DNA from: Mobula hypostoma
Taxonomy: Eukaryota
NCBI RefSeq assembly: GCF_963921235.1
Contig: NC_086108.1
Coordinates: 79,920,001 to 79,984,000 of the forward strand
Reading direction: 5' to 3'
Length of the DNA: 64,000 nt
The notes below the pieces were generated by a model that was given only the letters and a program-made list of their open reading frames with translations, made no database searches and was not told the DNA's origin. Positions 12,190 to 25,674 of the stretch are shown here, one piece after another. Every line of letters starts with the position of its first letter. Position 1 is the first letter of the stretch. A program made the position numbers and the translations under genes.

Positions 12190-12475
12190 ACGAGACTATA
12201 GCTAGAGATCATGGGTTAAGAGTGAAAAGTAAAATGTATAAGGGAAACTTCTTTGCTCAGAGGGTGGTGAGAGTGTGTAATGAACTGCCAGGAGAAGTGG
12301 TTGATGCGGGTTCAATTCAACATTTAAATCATATTTGTAAAGGTACATGGATGGGAGAGGTATGGAGGGCTATGGGACGGGTGCAGATCAATGGGACTCG
12401 GCCTAATAATAGCTCAGCATGGGCTGGATGAGTTGAATGGCTTGTTTCTGTGCAGTAATATTCTATGATTCTACA
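12190..12475 (+). mobile_element. CR1 3' fragment
   Basis: GNFFAQRVVRVCNELP; ttctatgattcta tail. Confidence 0.75.
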
Positions 12476-12597
12476 TAGAGTAATGTATATCTTTGAAGTA
12501 ATGTGAATGATAGCTTATGACTTGCGAGGTTACAATCAGCATGTGAATTTGGAGATTTCTCCACAGGGCTAGTATAGGCTTAATATGGGTGAAGAAG

Positions 12598-12843
12598 AGC
12601 GCCACCATAGTGTAATGGTTAGCGTGACACTACTATGGCTCAGGAGGTCAGGGTTCAGAGTTCAATTCTGGCATTGTCTGTAAAGAGTTTGTACGTTCTC
12701 CCCACGAACTGCATGGGTTTTCTTCCACGGTCCAAAGGTGTATTGGTTAGTAGGTTAATTGATCATTGTAAATTGTCCTGTGATTAGGCTGGTGTTAAAT
12801 AGTGGGTTGCTGTGCTTGTTTGATGCAGTATCTCTAAATAAAT
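12598..12843 (+). mobile_element. tRNA-derived V-SINE-like element
   Basis: A box tagtgtaatgg, B box gagttcaattc, V-domain-like gagtttgtacgttctcccc...tgggtttt...gtccaaag, taaataaat tail. Confidence 0.7.
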
Positions 12844-13050
12844 CTCTGAAAATGAATCTTCAAGTGTTCAGAGAATTAAACAATCATGCATGGTTTTCCT
12901 TGCTTAGTGGCTGTACCTGAGAAAAGGAGCAGAAGTTTCTCATTCTGATTTGTTATAGAACGTGCAGGAAAATAATTAGAAAATGCCACATGATGTTTAG
13001 AAAAATGCTGAATGACCTGTTTTGAAATCTGATGATTCCCCGAACAGTGT

Positions 13051-13103
13051 AATAAAGCACAAAGGACAACCGCTCGATTAAATGGTTCATGTTTATTTTT
13101 ATT
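13051..13103 (-). terminator. Candidate polyadenylation signal
   Basis: Two AATAAA on the minus strand (13098-13103, 13092-13097), then about 20 nt downstream cggttgtcctttgtgctttatt. Confidence 0.5.
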
Positions 13104-16100
13104 TTGTTAGTTAATCTCCTATTGTGCTGGAGACTAAACATGGCAGTATTACAGTCACAAGGAGCAGGCTTATTGGTCACAGTGTCCAGATTTCCAATTC
13201 ATCACCTCATTTAACAGGAATGGGAAGGGTGTGAGGAGCAGTAACAAGATGACAACACAGACAGTAACAGTTTAGTACACATCCTTCACTCTGCAGATGT
13301 ATACAAGAGGCGTGCCACCAGACCTTAGTAATGAACCCAATTAACAATATATAATATAATAATATATATTTACTCTTTAAAAATATACTTCAGTCAGATG
13401 GCTACTTCTGTACAACTACAAAAATAAAAATTTATATAAATAACTTATATGGCATACAATAGTTTAACTGATTACATATACCCAACAACCAAAAAAAGCC
13501 CCCATGAACAGATTAGATTTTTTTCATGTGGTGGGTATATTTTTCTTTTCTACTACAGTAACTACCATTTACAAGATTTTATTTCACAGAAAGAAACAAG
13601 ACATTTTTATTCTACTGGATCCTACAATTAAAAGTTTTTTTTTTCTTCAACCACCCCCTCACGCTTTAGACAGATACAGCATTTATCCACTGACAATTTT
13701 TCCCCCCAATTTGAAGCAGCCCCTTTTGCTTCAACACATTTGTAAAAAAAATTCAAGAGAGAAAACAAAAACAAAATTCCCTGCATTTGTTGGAATGGCA
13801 GTGATTAGACCAATCACAGTGCTGAATCCTTAAAACTCTGGATCGGCAATTGGATAAAGGATGTAAACACTGAGCTAGCACCAGCAGGCACAGATGAGTA
13901 TTTCCGTGCTGCAGTTCCTTTAGTAATTGGCAGGATGAAATATTACAGTTAACAAGACTTCTCAGTGCTCCCTCACTCCTATACTTAAATGGAACACAAA
14001 TTGTTGCTCTCCAGCCACTTGGGAGAAGAGAGTTTGGAATGTTTTCTTACATCATTACTGTAACTGATGATTGAAATTGTACTTGCAGCTCCTTCCCAGT
14101 GGTCCTGGTGGCCCTCCACATGATTAGCGAGATACCAGAGCTAGAACATAAGTTTCTCAAACTGGGATCCTTATAATTTGGGGGGTTTTAGGGGCTGTAA
14201 ACTCACGAATTTGCCATCTCTGCTTCTGGATACACAATGTATCTTCTGTTCCATTCATGCTGAAATTGCCTTTCAGAAGTGGGATGGAAGATTTTGCATT
14301 TTCAGGGGACCTTACATGAAGGAACATTTTAAAACCAGATGACTGGAGGAACAGCATAGAAACAGATTTAATATTAATTAATTGAGGACATTGTAAAAAT
14401 ATTTACTATTCTAGAGTTCTAACATAATTAGTTCTTGTGTCTTATTGCAAGAAATATTAAAACTAAGCGAAAGACAATAAATTATTGTTTTGTAAATTCC
14501 ACCAATCTTTTAAAGTAAATTGAAAACAAGGATGCATTTAAGTGGATAATTTCAGATGGCGAACAAAAAGAAAAGTAGCTATCTGATGGATCAAGTCTAT
14601 AAGGGGTTTTAATTTTAAAAGTTCATCCAAGTGATAGGGCTGTTGATAAATCGGTAGTTAATAGGTCCAAGTTACCCAACCTGAGGAAAATTATGAAGGT
14701 GTGAAACAAAACATGAAAAAAGGATCAATTTAGCAAAATTAACAGAACTGGTCGTGGAAAAAATGTGGGAAACGGAAGCACTCAATTTCATTTAAACTAT
14801 TAAATAGTCTGCAGTAAAAAAAAAGTGTGAAATTGCTTGGATTTCTTGAATGGAGATAATTAGACAGCCATCTGTAAGCCCATCATTTATTTCAGCAGAA
14901 CTCAGACCAGTCAGCACAAGTGATCTGTACTTGGAGTTATGGCACAAATTGCAAAATCAATATACTGTGACATCCTACAGATTTCAAATCACGTGAGTCA
15001 ATGCACGATCCAGAGCAATATGGTTAAATACCTCTGTGACAAACACTGTTTTCTTTTCCATATTGTACAAAAATATAAATATAACACCACCAATAACAAC
15101 AATCAACACTATTAATTTAAAACACTTCCATTCATTCATTTTACTGGCAATGAATATCCACTCTCTTCAGTCTGGTTAGAAAAAAGAACACTTGGCACTT
15201 AAAATGGTTGCAATGAAAATAATGGCTGCATGTTCTGTGAAAATACGCACTGGGGCAAAAATGACAAATGAAAATAATACGAACATTTAGCATCTCATTC
15301 TGTTGAAAGACAAAAATGGGCTCCCTTTGAATTACTCAGTCCACCACACACATTATTCCAATACATCACTGCCTTAGGTGGGAGCAATATCATACAAACT
15401 GTTGGAATAATCGATTATTACTATTTTTTAAAGCAAACAAGGTTTGGAAGCTTGCATTTTGAACCTTTTTTTTGAACAGGAGAGGAAATTCAGAACAGGT
15501 TAAGTCTGACCTGGGAGAGGAGACTATTGTGCACATCTTAGTAACGGGCCTCATTGCAGCATCAAGAGTTGCCTAGAAGGGCTGCAAACTAGATGCACAA
15601 TTATTTGCACCAGCCTGTGACTGATAAGTTCTTTGAGAAAATGTGAAGCCAAATGTGAAAAGTAACAGAATGGAAATGGAGTGTTGGTGGAAAATTAGTC
15701 CCTTTAAGTGTGCTATATTGCAAACATCTCACACTGATGTTGCAAAAACAGAGAAACTGTTTAGATTAAAAATACTCGAATATCTACTAAGATGGGAGTA
15801 AGTATGCAGTTTCTCACAGTATAAGAGGAAAGAGAAGATGTTGTTGGGCTATCCAGTGTCACTAGAATGGAAATAAGTGTCCTCTCCGTCTGAGAAGGGA
15901 GTCAAAATGCTTACAAATAGTCCAGTTACACAGAATGAAGTGCACAATGCAACGAAATCTCAAACCCGTTGTGATCAATCATAGTTACCATCATGCATGG
16001 CTTACTGGTCATAAACTTATAGCACTTCTAGTAATGGCAAAAGCAATGTTAAATATCCTGAAATCACTCACATTCCACTGAATAATGCTGACAGAACAGC

Positions 16101-19100
16101 CCAAACTCCTGATCCGGAGCAAGAGGAAAAGTGATGGTGCATGGCATTTAAAGCATTTGGAAAAAAAGGTTGAAGTTGTCCTAATTGCTCAAGTAATTAA
16201 GGCACTAACTTGCTGAGCTCTTTAGATCATGAGCTGATCGCTAACCATGCTAAATTAGCTGAGACCATGCTGAGACTGTTAAAATGTAACACAGCTCCCC
16301 TCGGCTAGCTGAGGGAATTACATGGAATTCACTGCACAGGAACAGGTCACATGGATGAATGTATTTTGCCAGTAGTGACACTCCACAGAAGCTTTGTCCC
16401 ACTGCATTTCACCTCTCCTATCAAAATATATATATATATTTCCTTTCTCTCACAGGCCAATCATGATGTCCCTTTTAAACTTGTTATTTCTCTTTTTTTA
16501 CAGTCTTTATTTACTTTGGTAATTTATAATAATTTTATATCTTGCACTCTACTGCTGCCACAAAACAAATTTCATGCCATATAAATCAGTGATAATAAAT
16601 CTGATTCTGTTAGATATACAGCATATTGTTTCCCTTTATTTATCCAATATGATCACGTTCCATATTTGTATCATTCTCTGGGTTAAAATAATCAAACCCT
16701 AATACTGAATTTATTAGTGACTCTCTTGTCTTCATGGTCTCTCATTTTTGACCCTGTCAGAATTGGTAATATTGGTGTGCCTACCCGGATAAACTCTTCC
16801 TGTAATTTTATAGGCCTCCATCACTCAGTCTTCCCTTTTCCAGGGAAAAGCCTGTTCAGTGCAAAAATTCTCAAGGGTTTCGTCATCAGATCATTTTTCA
16901 GCAATTTTTGTATGTGCATGTCAGATGAAGAAAGACTTAAGTTTAACTGGGATCTCCACATCTAATAGCTTACTGACACTCTTCTGTCACCAGTCATACA
17001 TGGAAGAATGCCACGTGGAGGGATGTTGAAGGGGACTCGTGGAACTCTAGCTCAGCAAACTGAAGGACAAAGATAACTTAATAATTCTATGTAGAATTGA
17101 TGCCTATAGAAAGAATCTAATGATATATGATTTAGATCATGAGTTGATCACTAACCATGCTAAATTAGCTGAGACCATGCTAACTTCTAAAACCCTTACT
17201 TTTTAAAACATTATGCAGGGTGCCCATTTTGAATTTTAGTCACATCAATGCTTGACATATATTTTTGGGAATTATGTGCACCTATTCTGAGCTGGAGCTG
17301 AGAACATTTTAAATATATAGGGAAAAAAATCAATTTTCAGATGAGGTATTTTATTGATTTCCTGCCCTGTCAACCCCTATACTTTTCCCTGCTTGTGCCC
17401 TTGTACAATTTTTTTGTATTAATCATTTTGTCAGGTATGAGCTTCGATGCATTGAATCAAATGCCCATGAATTTGCTTTAGGTACAACAGCTCACCATGA
17501 CTTCCTCTGAGTAGCTTACATATAGTTTCTCACACCGTTAAAAAGCAATGTCAGTTTCTTTGTCTTTCTTTCCTTCCTGAAGTTTTGCCTGCTGTGCTCT
17601 TGTTCCATGCAAGTCAACTACCTTTTACCAACTTGTTCATTGGTTTAACATTGGGCTTGGACAAGTTGTTTGCCACGTTGTGCATCATTGCTGAGCTGAA
17701 TCCTATCTTCTCCTGCTAGGATCCCCAGATAAAAATGAGTACCAAGGACACCAAGTGCTCAGAGAGCTTAGATACTGTTTCTGTTGTACTATCACCAGCC
17801 TTGGTTTACATCAACTAACTTAGCAAATGCCAGGGTTGGGTTTGAGACTGTTCTGAACTGTAGGAGGACGGTCACTAAGCCCATCAAGGAAGCCCAGATT
17901 CAAATTTCAGCAGGATCAGCCTTAGTGAGCAACCAAAAGAGCCAACAATTAGTAGCAGCCATTTTGTAATGCAAAATAATGGCTGCCTTCAGCATCACAT
18001 TGCCATTCTTGCTGCCAACATTCTAGTTCTTAGATTATGATTTTGCTCAAATGCCTGTGACACCATCCACTGGAGAAACTAATTCAATGGAAGAAGGGTA
18101 AACAAGCATTCTGCATTACGGCAGAAAGGCTGCCTGTAAATATGGTTATTGTTTAATTATTTTACATGAAATTATAGTCGATCCCAAGCATCTGCACGCA
18201 CAGGCCTGTGAGAAAGACAAGTCACTTCTGTAAACACCACAATCTGCCTGAACTGAAAACAAAATGTCTTTCATGGTGACTAGGTACTTGCATAGAAAGA
18301 AAATCCTGAAAGAATAGGGATTCTAATCTATATAAACTTTTAAGTTTTAAAAAGCATAGCAGCAAAATAATCAAGCAATTATCATTTATCTGTACCCAAA
18401 GTTACAAAAATTCTCTTCATTGTACACAGTCTACACATCTTACCATTCATTAGAACTCTGACTCTGAATTTTCCGGTGCTTTACACAGTATATAATACAG
18501 AAGTATACAGTACATCATTAAATAGGTTTGTTTCATTTTGATTTTTTTTAGTATTAAAATATATTTAAACACCAACTTAATATTTTAATATAAATCTTCC
18601 TGTCTCCATCATGAGGTTTATGTACATAGGCAGTTTTACACATTTCTTGAGCCCAGAGGATGTTGGGATATGGGATGGGATGGGATGGGATGGGATGGGA
18701 TGATGATAAGGAATACAAGCATTCTTTGGTTGCCACATTCATTTGAGGCGACCTGCAGAAAAAAAATAAATTGAATGCTAAGTATATCAGTGATACAAAG
18801 TCGAGCAGTAAAGTTATAACGGATACCATTGCTAATACAGTCCTCATTCTACTTAAGTTGTGTCTCTATTATAGTAAAAATAACAAGTACCAGTGAACTC
18901 ATAGAATGCCATTAAAAACAAAATTCAAAATTTTTGCTCTCGTTTCTCTTGAATTTGGGCAGAATTCTATTTTGGAATCAGGACTTGACATCTAGTTATT
19001 CTATACTGTTGAGATTGATGCATAATCATTTTAAATGACTGAACACTTCTGTGCCACCATGGAAAAAGCTGCAATTCAAGACTTTCCTGAGCATCTCCCC

Positions 19101-19965
19101 CAAGTAGTACTATGAGGACAAGCAGAGTTATCTACCGATGGGCAAACGTAAAAATAAAATACTCACTGGCAAAATCTACATTAGTGAATAAAATTGGTTA
19201 GCACTCATATCAATAAATGTGTGCTCCTTGTGGCATAAACTACCTAAATGGTTCAATGAATTTTATAAGTTTGGAATTGAACCATCCTGTGAACAGTCTG
19301 AACTGAAAGCAGGTGGGTGCTTATCAGCAAGGCCATTACAAACTGAATTGGAAAGAAGAGAATCTTCTGTAGTTGTTGTTCCTGAATGCAACAGTCTTGA
19401 AATAGAGGAAGATTGCATTGAGTTTGAGGATAGAACAGGACTGCCTTTTATTCACAGGAGTTCAGAAGAATAAGAGGGAACCTCTTTGGCACACACACAA
19501 GATTCTATGAGGGACTGACAAGGAAGATGATATTGGTTTTCACAATATTGACCAATATTTAATCCCTTTCTGTAATAGTGGCACAGAAGGGAAATTCTGA
19601 GTAGTGCCCAGTATACTTTGGACTTGCAGAAAATCTGGAATGTTGGCATCGCCAACACTAAGAAATGTGGTCATATATTGTTTTACATGGGATGATTCTA
19701 GTCCCTGTCTCTGAGGCCAATGGAAATGTAGTGTTTGAGTACATGAAGATGGAACAAAAAAAAAATGAGTGGGTGGGAAGCCTGGGAATTTAAAACAAAG
19801 CTGGCGCAGAATTTCAAAAATAAACTAACATTGCAGCTTTGAACCTGGGACACTAAAACCTATTTCTCTTTTAGTCATAATTGATATTGATCAATTTTGT
19901 TTCAAAATAGGAAATTTTGAGTTCACTTTGTTTACCTTTAAGTTAAAAAACATTTTAAAAATTAC
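13075..19965 (-). other. ptch2: Putative long 3' UTR of ptch2 (extent uncertain)
   Basis: AT-rich and nearly repeat-free compared with its flanks; ends at tandem AATAAA followed by a GU-rich tract. Other AATAAA sites occur inside. Confidence 0.45.
18671..18700. repeat. (TGGGA)6 microsatellite
   Basis: Direct reading. Confidence 0.95.
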
Positions 19966-20520
19966 CTAATGCCTTCTTGGGGCTTGCATGCTCTTCACTT
20001 CACATTCAGCATCCTGAAGTTCAAAATTCTCCTGTTTGGAGTCTATTGTTTCCTCATGATTCACATATGAGGAAGGTATGTGCAATTCCTCTAAACAGTC
20101 TGGCTCGCTGTCCTCAAACCCTTCATGTGTGTATCCTTGAAATGTCTGTGATACACTCGGGTGCAGAGAGAGTGTCACTGATGCTGTGGCAGTCACTGTA
20201 GTGAAAGGGTTATTGGATCCAGGCATACCAGTGGAGTATGCTGGAAGTGTAGTCCTAGGCTGGTGAGTCCTACTGTTGCGAGACCTATATTGACTCCTAC
20301 AAGAACTGGCAGGTTGGATAGGTTGAGCATCACTTCTGCTGTGCAGTCCATTGTTAGAGAAATGTTGCCTCCCTTCTCCTGTGATTTTATTTAAGTCTTG
20401 AGGTTCTTGCCAGGCTAGCTGAGAACTAACAGAACCAACAGTAGATCGATGTGGTACTTTTGAGTTTAAATTGTTCTTCTTGTATGTCGAATCCTTAACA
20501 TCTTTGTATGGCTTCACAAC
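19966..20520 (-). CDS. ptch2: Patched last coding exon (exon 23 equivalent), 184 aa plus TAG
   Basis: VVKPYKD...PFTTVTATASVTLSLHP...GFED...DSKQENFELQDAECE...*; the TTVTA(S/T)ASVT and ELQDxECE motifs match the Patched C-tail; acceptor cgacag. Confidence 0.9.
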   Translation of the reverse strand, partial: VVKPYKDVKDSTYKKNNLNSKVPHRSTVGSVSSQLAWQEPQDLNKITGEGRQHFSNNGLHSRSDAQPIQPASSCRSQYRSRNSRTHQPRTTLPAYSTGMPGSNNPFTTVTATASVTLSLHPSVSQTFQGYTHEGFEDSEPDCLEELHIPSSYVNHEETIDSKQENFELQDAECEVKSMQAPRRH

Positions 20521-21319
20521 CTGTCGAAGAACATTTTAAAAACATTACTTACGCATATTTTTTCTAAGCAAAGTTTTTTTAAAAAATATATTTATTAGAC
20601 AGATTTGTGAACTAAAAATGATGTAAAAGGTTTATTAGTCTTTAAGAAATTTGTGTTTGCTTAAGTTTAGTCAACAGTTGTAGTGAAGGTAACTAATTTC
20701 CAAAACAGCCTTTCAGTGCAGTGTCTATAGGCTGAATTATCATTTTCTAATAATATGAAGGTTAAAGAAATATAATTATTAGTTCAATGGAATTTTTTCT
20801 GTTAATTACCAATGAGGAAATTCTAGCCAAAGTCACTCTATCTTTCCTCAGCCTTCAGAAAAAAAAATGGAAGTTAAAGTGTAACTTGCCATTCACTCAT
20901 TTAGCAATCGAAGATGATGGCTAGATTGGGGAAATTCTCTGTGGACACCAGCAATGCTTTGACCTGCTTTTTCCTCTGGAGGGCAAATATTCCTTCTCTG
21001 TTCTCACTTCCCTCCCATAAGACAGGTGTGTCTGATTTTCCATGAGCAATTTAGTGGAGTAGAGTCTTTCGACAGAATGGAGTAATTAATAAATGCAGTA
21101 CATTTAAATATTTGAATGCAATTGAAGCATACAGTTTTCATATTGGCAATGTTTCAGTTTCTTTCATTCCCAGGTGGGAAGTGTTGAAATGGACTTCTAA
21201 TAATGTATGTGTTCAGCTCATTATAAAGCCCAGTCCACTTTTATAGCCCATCACTTTTGACTCCTACCAAAAAGCTGGGGAAAACAGAAGATTATTTGAA
21301 TCACAGAGAAATTACTTAC

Positions 21320-21595
21320 TGTAACTCGCGGGAAGTTAGGGTTATTTCCAGACTCCACCAGTATCTGTGAGCGAGTTGGTGGGATGATGTATGCACTCTG
21401 GTCGAAGTGCGGCAGGTCCTCCTCGCTGATCCCAGACACCGTGGTTTCTGAGTAATATTCGGAGTCGGAAGACTCAGGAAACGTGCTCTGCTGCCAAGGA
21501 AATGAATGGACATAGAAGCCATGATGGTTCATGGGTGGAGGAATAGGCTCAGGGGAAGGGGTTGGCAATTGACTGCCTCTATCTGCCGGAGTGAC
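21320..21595 (-). CDS. ptch2: Patched exon (exon 22 equivalent), 276 nt, C-terminal tail
   Basis: VTPADRGSQLPTPSPEP...SSDSEYYSETTVSGISEE...ILVESGNNPNFPRVT; ctttag / gtaagt. Confidence 0.92.
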
Positions 21596-24083
21596 CTAAA
21601 GGCAAAAACAAAATCAAAGACTCATTGAATAAAAGTGAGTTAACCTCATAAATTAGGCATTCTTATCAACCTTAAGGCAGATCATGGTTTGGGCACTGCC
21701 AAGGCCTGGTTTTACCCACACCTATTCCTCCAGTACATTTCCCAGATATATTTTTGCTAACTTTTTCTCTCTGTTATAGTCTTCTTCAGATTCTGGGCAA
21801 AGTCTCTGCTCATCCTTGTAATAAAAAAAAATGCCCTGAGAATTTCTAAAACATGGCTACACCCCGAATGCAGTGAAAAGATCTAGTAGGCAGCCTAACT
21901 TCCAAGTGTCCACTGTGGGTATGTGGAAATTCTCCAGGCACGACGTTACCCAATGACTGAATTTAGAAAAAAGCAGTATTGAGATTTGCAACCTTACCCT
22001 AGCAGTCCATCAAAATCCAAGTGTTCAGTCTCTCTTGGGATATTGGTTTTGTTGTAGACTCCCTGACCACACTAGCCAGGCCACTACCCAGTGACAAAGT
22101 CAACCTGACATGGTACATTCATAACAATTTCTGCGGCATTCTGTTACATTCAGAACAATCTGTATTCTGAAATGATTAGAGCAGTAACTACACCATTGGC
22201 TTCGTATGGCCTGCGTACACAACAATGGCTAACTAGGAATAACTAACTTAATTGTGAGCGGTTCAGATAAGGTCACAAATGTAGGAGAGTTTGCAGAACC
22301 CCAAGACGTGATTTCAGTCTAGTTACTCAGCTGCTCTGCTCGTTCTGCAGACTCACAACAAACATGGATTTGTAACTCATAAAAATGGTCTGCTTCCAAT
22401 TATATTAATTAGCTTTTCTGGTTGAAGCCCTTGTTACATGAAATTCAGTTTTCAATCCAAAGAATCCAAATCTTGTTAATCAAACATAAACATGCTTCTA
22501 AAATTAGTTTGAATTTGTTACCTGGGAAATTCTCAGATGAATTCTGAATAGAACTTACACTTCGAGAGGAAGTACCGGGAATTAAAGGTGGCATTCAGGA
22601 GCTAGTCAGGAACACTGTGTTGTGGGAAGTCTACTTCATCTCCGCTTCTTGTTACACTGTGGCCAGTAGCAGGTTTATCAGACTGCAGGAGCTGCTGCAG
22701 TGAGGCTTTGTGTATTTGAGAAAAAGGTTTGATGAGGGAATGAGGTAAAGCAAGTTTGTTATAGTAAATGAGGAACTGAAATATTTCTGCGGCTTCTCAA
22801 TTATTGAAGTAACAACATAAATTAGGACAAGGTATTTTAAATATTAGAGTATCATTGTAAGTATGAATGTGGTGATAAGAGACTAATTCCAGATGGTATA
22901 ACATACCAGACATCTGCATCAGGTGTAATGCAGAGGAAGAGTGACCGTGGATGCAAATAAAAAAACATAAACCATTCCGTCTGATGTAAACCTGGTAACT
23001 GCTCTAAAGGGAGACGTGGGTCACAGTAAAAGTGAGCTTGCATCAAAAGAAGCTCATTTTGTATATGAATTCTCTGTTAGAGAAGGGCTATGTCATCAGA
23101 GGGTGCTGTGTGTCAGAAAGCAGTTTAGGACCTGTGCCCTATATCAAAAACTACGTTATATCAGGTGGTGTCATTGTGAGGGAGGCATGCATTCTCTAAC
23201 TGAGAGATAGCTTTTCAGGCACAAACTAATTCTGGGAGTGTGTGCCTCAATCATTAGGAAGTCAAGCTTCCTGCATTTAACTCTCCATGCACCCAGCCAA
23301 ATGAAACCTGCTATTACTGATTAGGATAAAGCTTGAGCTGATGCAGAGCAGATGGGAGACATCCAGACCCCTAAGGAAAATGAGCCTTGCATGTTTAATT
23401 TGTAGCATTGGTCAGGTCCAACCACCGATCTTCCACATTTGCTCCGTTCTACAACCACTGCAGCTTCGAACAAGAAAATGTGGAATGGAAATGAGCAAAA
23501 GGACAAACTAAATGGGGGCGTGGACTATAAGCAAAGTTAAATACTGACACTAAGAGCTACTTAGTACCAATAATGCAGTTGGAATAGAAGTCTGAATATG
23601 TACACTGCGGTGGAATTCAGATAGCCTGACCTCACCCACTGCAGGATGGGCTACACCTTACAGAAAGGAAGGATGGGTAAATACGTATGGACCCTGGGAG
23701 GCTTGTAGCTTCTGAATCCTGGAGTGAGATAGTTTGACGGCCTCTCTCCACCACCACAGTGCGTGAAACTTAACTAAACCGCCTTCTCTGTTCTGCTGGG
23801 GTTCCTCTTCACAAACAAAAGCCAACCTACTCATTAGGCTCAAGTTAAGCCTGTAGTTGAAACCCAATGTTATCATCAACCTGGAAGCACTTGATGTTTA
23901 CCTGAGAAGGCTTACCAGAAATGCTGGTTTAAAAAGAACCTGAAATGAAGGAATCTACACAAGATACCAAATCTATGACGTCCTCCTCGGAATACGGAAC
24001 TTAATGTATGCATTTACATGGAGAATGATTCGTTCTATTCCTGGATCAGAGTCGGATCAATTACCCATGGCAAATGAGCTTAC

Positions 24084-24183
24084 CTCGGCTGGGGGTCCAA
24101 TAACTGACAGCAAAACAGGAAGGAGAACCAGTCCATTAAGGATACCCAATATTGTTAAGATGGTCAAAACAGCAAAGAAATAC
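24084..24183 (-). CDS. ptch2: Patched exon (exon 21 equivalent), 100 nt, TM12
   Basis: Manual translation [33 protein letters not shown]; ttgcag / gtaagc. Confidence 0.95.
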
Positions 24184-25674
24184 CTGCAAACAAAGAAGAA
24201 TGTACAGTGTGAGAAGATCATCCTTGTGGTTTCATTGTATTATTGCAGTTCCATTTTTCCCCAAAGACAAGAGCAAACCATGGATGAATAAAAATGAAGG
24301 GCTATGTGGGAGAGAAGGGTTGAATTGATCTTAGAGTATGTTAGAAGATCACTGTGGTCCAAAGGGCTTATACTATGTTCTATACCATCAAATCAAAACC
24401 AGTCGATTAATCATTCAAAACGGCAAGTATTGTATATCAAACAGCAAGGTCAAGAATGGAAAGGATGTAGGTGGGAAACTTCAGAGAGTGTAATGGTAGT
24501 TTGACCAAGATCATATAATAGTTTTGAGAAGGAAGTAAATCAGAGGACATCAAACCACCGAGAAGCAGCAGGGGAAATTACAAGGGATTTTACAAAGTGG
24601 GGTTAAACATATTACTTGCTGGTTGCCCTAATGAGATGAGCTTGGAGGATTTGACAGAAATTAAAGAGACGGAATTTCAAAATAAGGGAAGTGGAGGTGC
24701 TGGGGGTATTTCTGGGTTGGTGGAGCTTACGGAATAGGAACTGTTGGTGTGAATGCACTTGCTGACTGTAGTGTGGGTGGCAGTAGTGACATGGGGAGAG
24801 GAGAAACGTAACTCTGCTGTGTCTACGGTGATTAAACAGAGGGCTAGTTAAAATATAAATGTTGCTCCAGGAAGCTGTTGGCACTGCTAACAACTCCCTT
24901 GATCATACTCCAAGCCCACATCTCCACATTGTGCAATGAGATGGCATATTCCAAGATCAGCAGCAAGCTACATCTCCTGCACTGGAAGTAAATTGGGAAA
25001 GGTTGTGAATAATTATGGCCAATTTCCCGTTTCAGGCCTGCTGGTCTGGAGGCATTAATTACAGAGCAAAGGGCCTCCACAAAAACTCCTCACTGTACTT
25101 AGAAGGATTAAGACATTTGGCTCAATTTCAAGTGAAATTCCTGAGCAGGAGGCTTAGTCCTATTCCCAATGGCAGACTCATCCATCATTACAGTCGTGGT
25201 ACTTCCTGCACTGTGAGTATATGCATGTGTGTGAGAAAGCAAGAGGGAGGGAGACTCAGTACTACGCTTCAGAAAATTCCAGTCTCTTCCTTTTACTAAT
25301 ATCCCAGAAAGGGGAATCCAATTGTCACGATTACTCCTTCCCAGTGATGCTCAATTAAAACTACTGTAAACAATGCAGGAAGGAACTAGAACCTTGCTCT
25401 GGGAATTCAGATAAACCCTCTGTAAGTGCAGTGGGATGGTGTGCTGTGTTCAACATATCACAGCTAAATATGTATTCAGAAGCCACACGAGAAAACTTGG
25501 AGCAAACTTTGAGGCAATCAATGGCAAATTGTCTATTTAAACCACGCCTTAATAGAGCAAGATTAAAAACATCCTTTATTTCCAAATTACTGCAGTAAAA
25601 AAGAAAAGTAAATCATTCAATTTCTTCTTCCTTTTAAGCAGCAATAACATCCAGAATAATCTGCTTTTTAGCAA

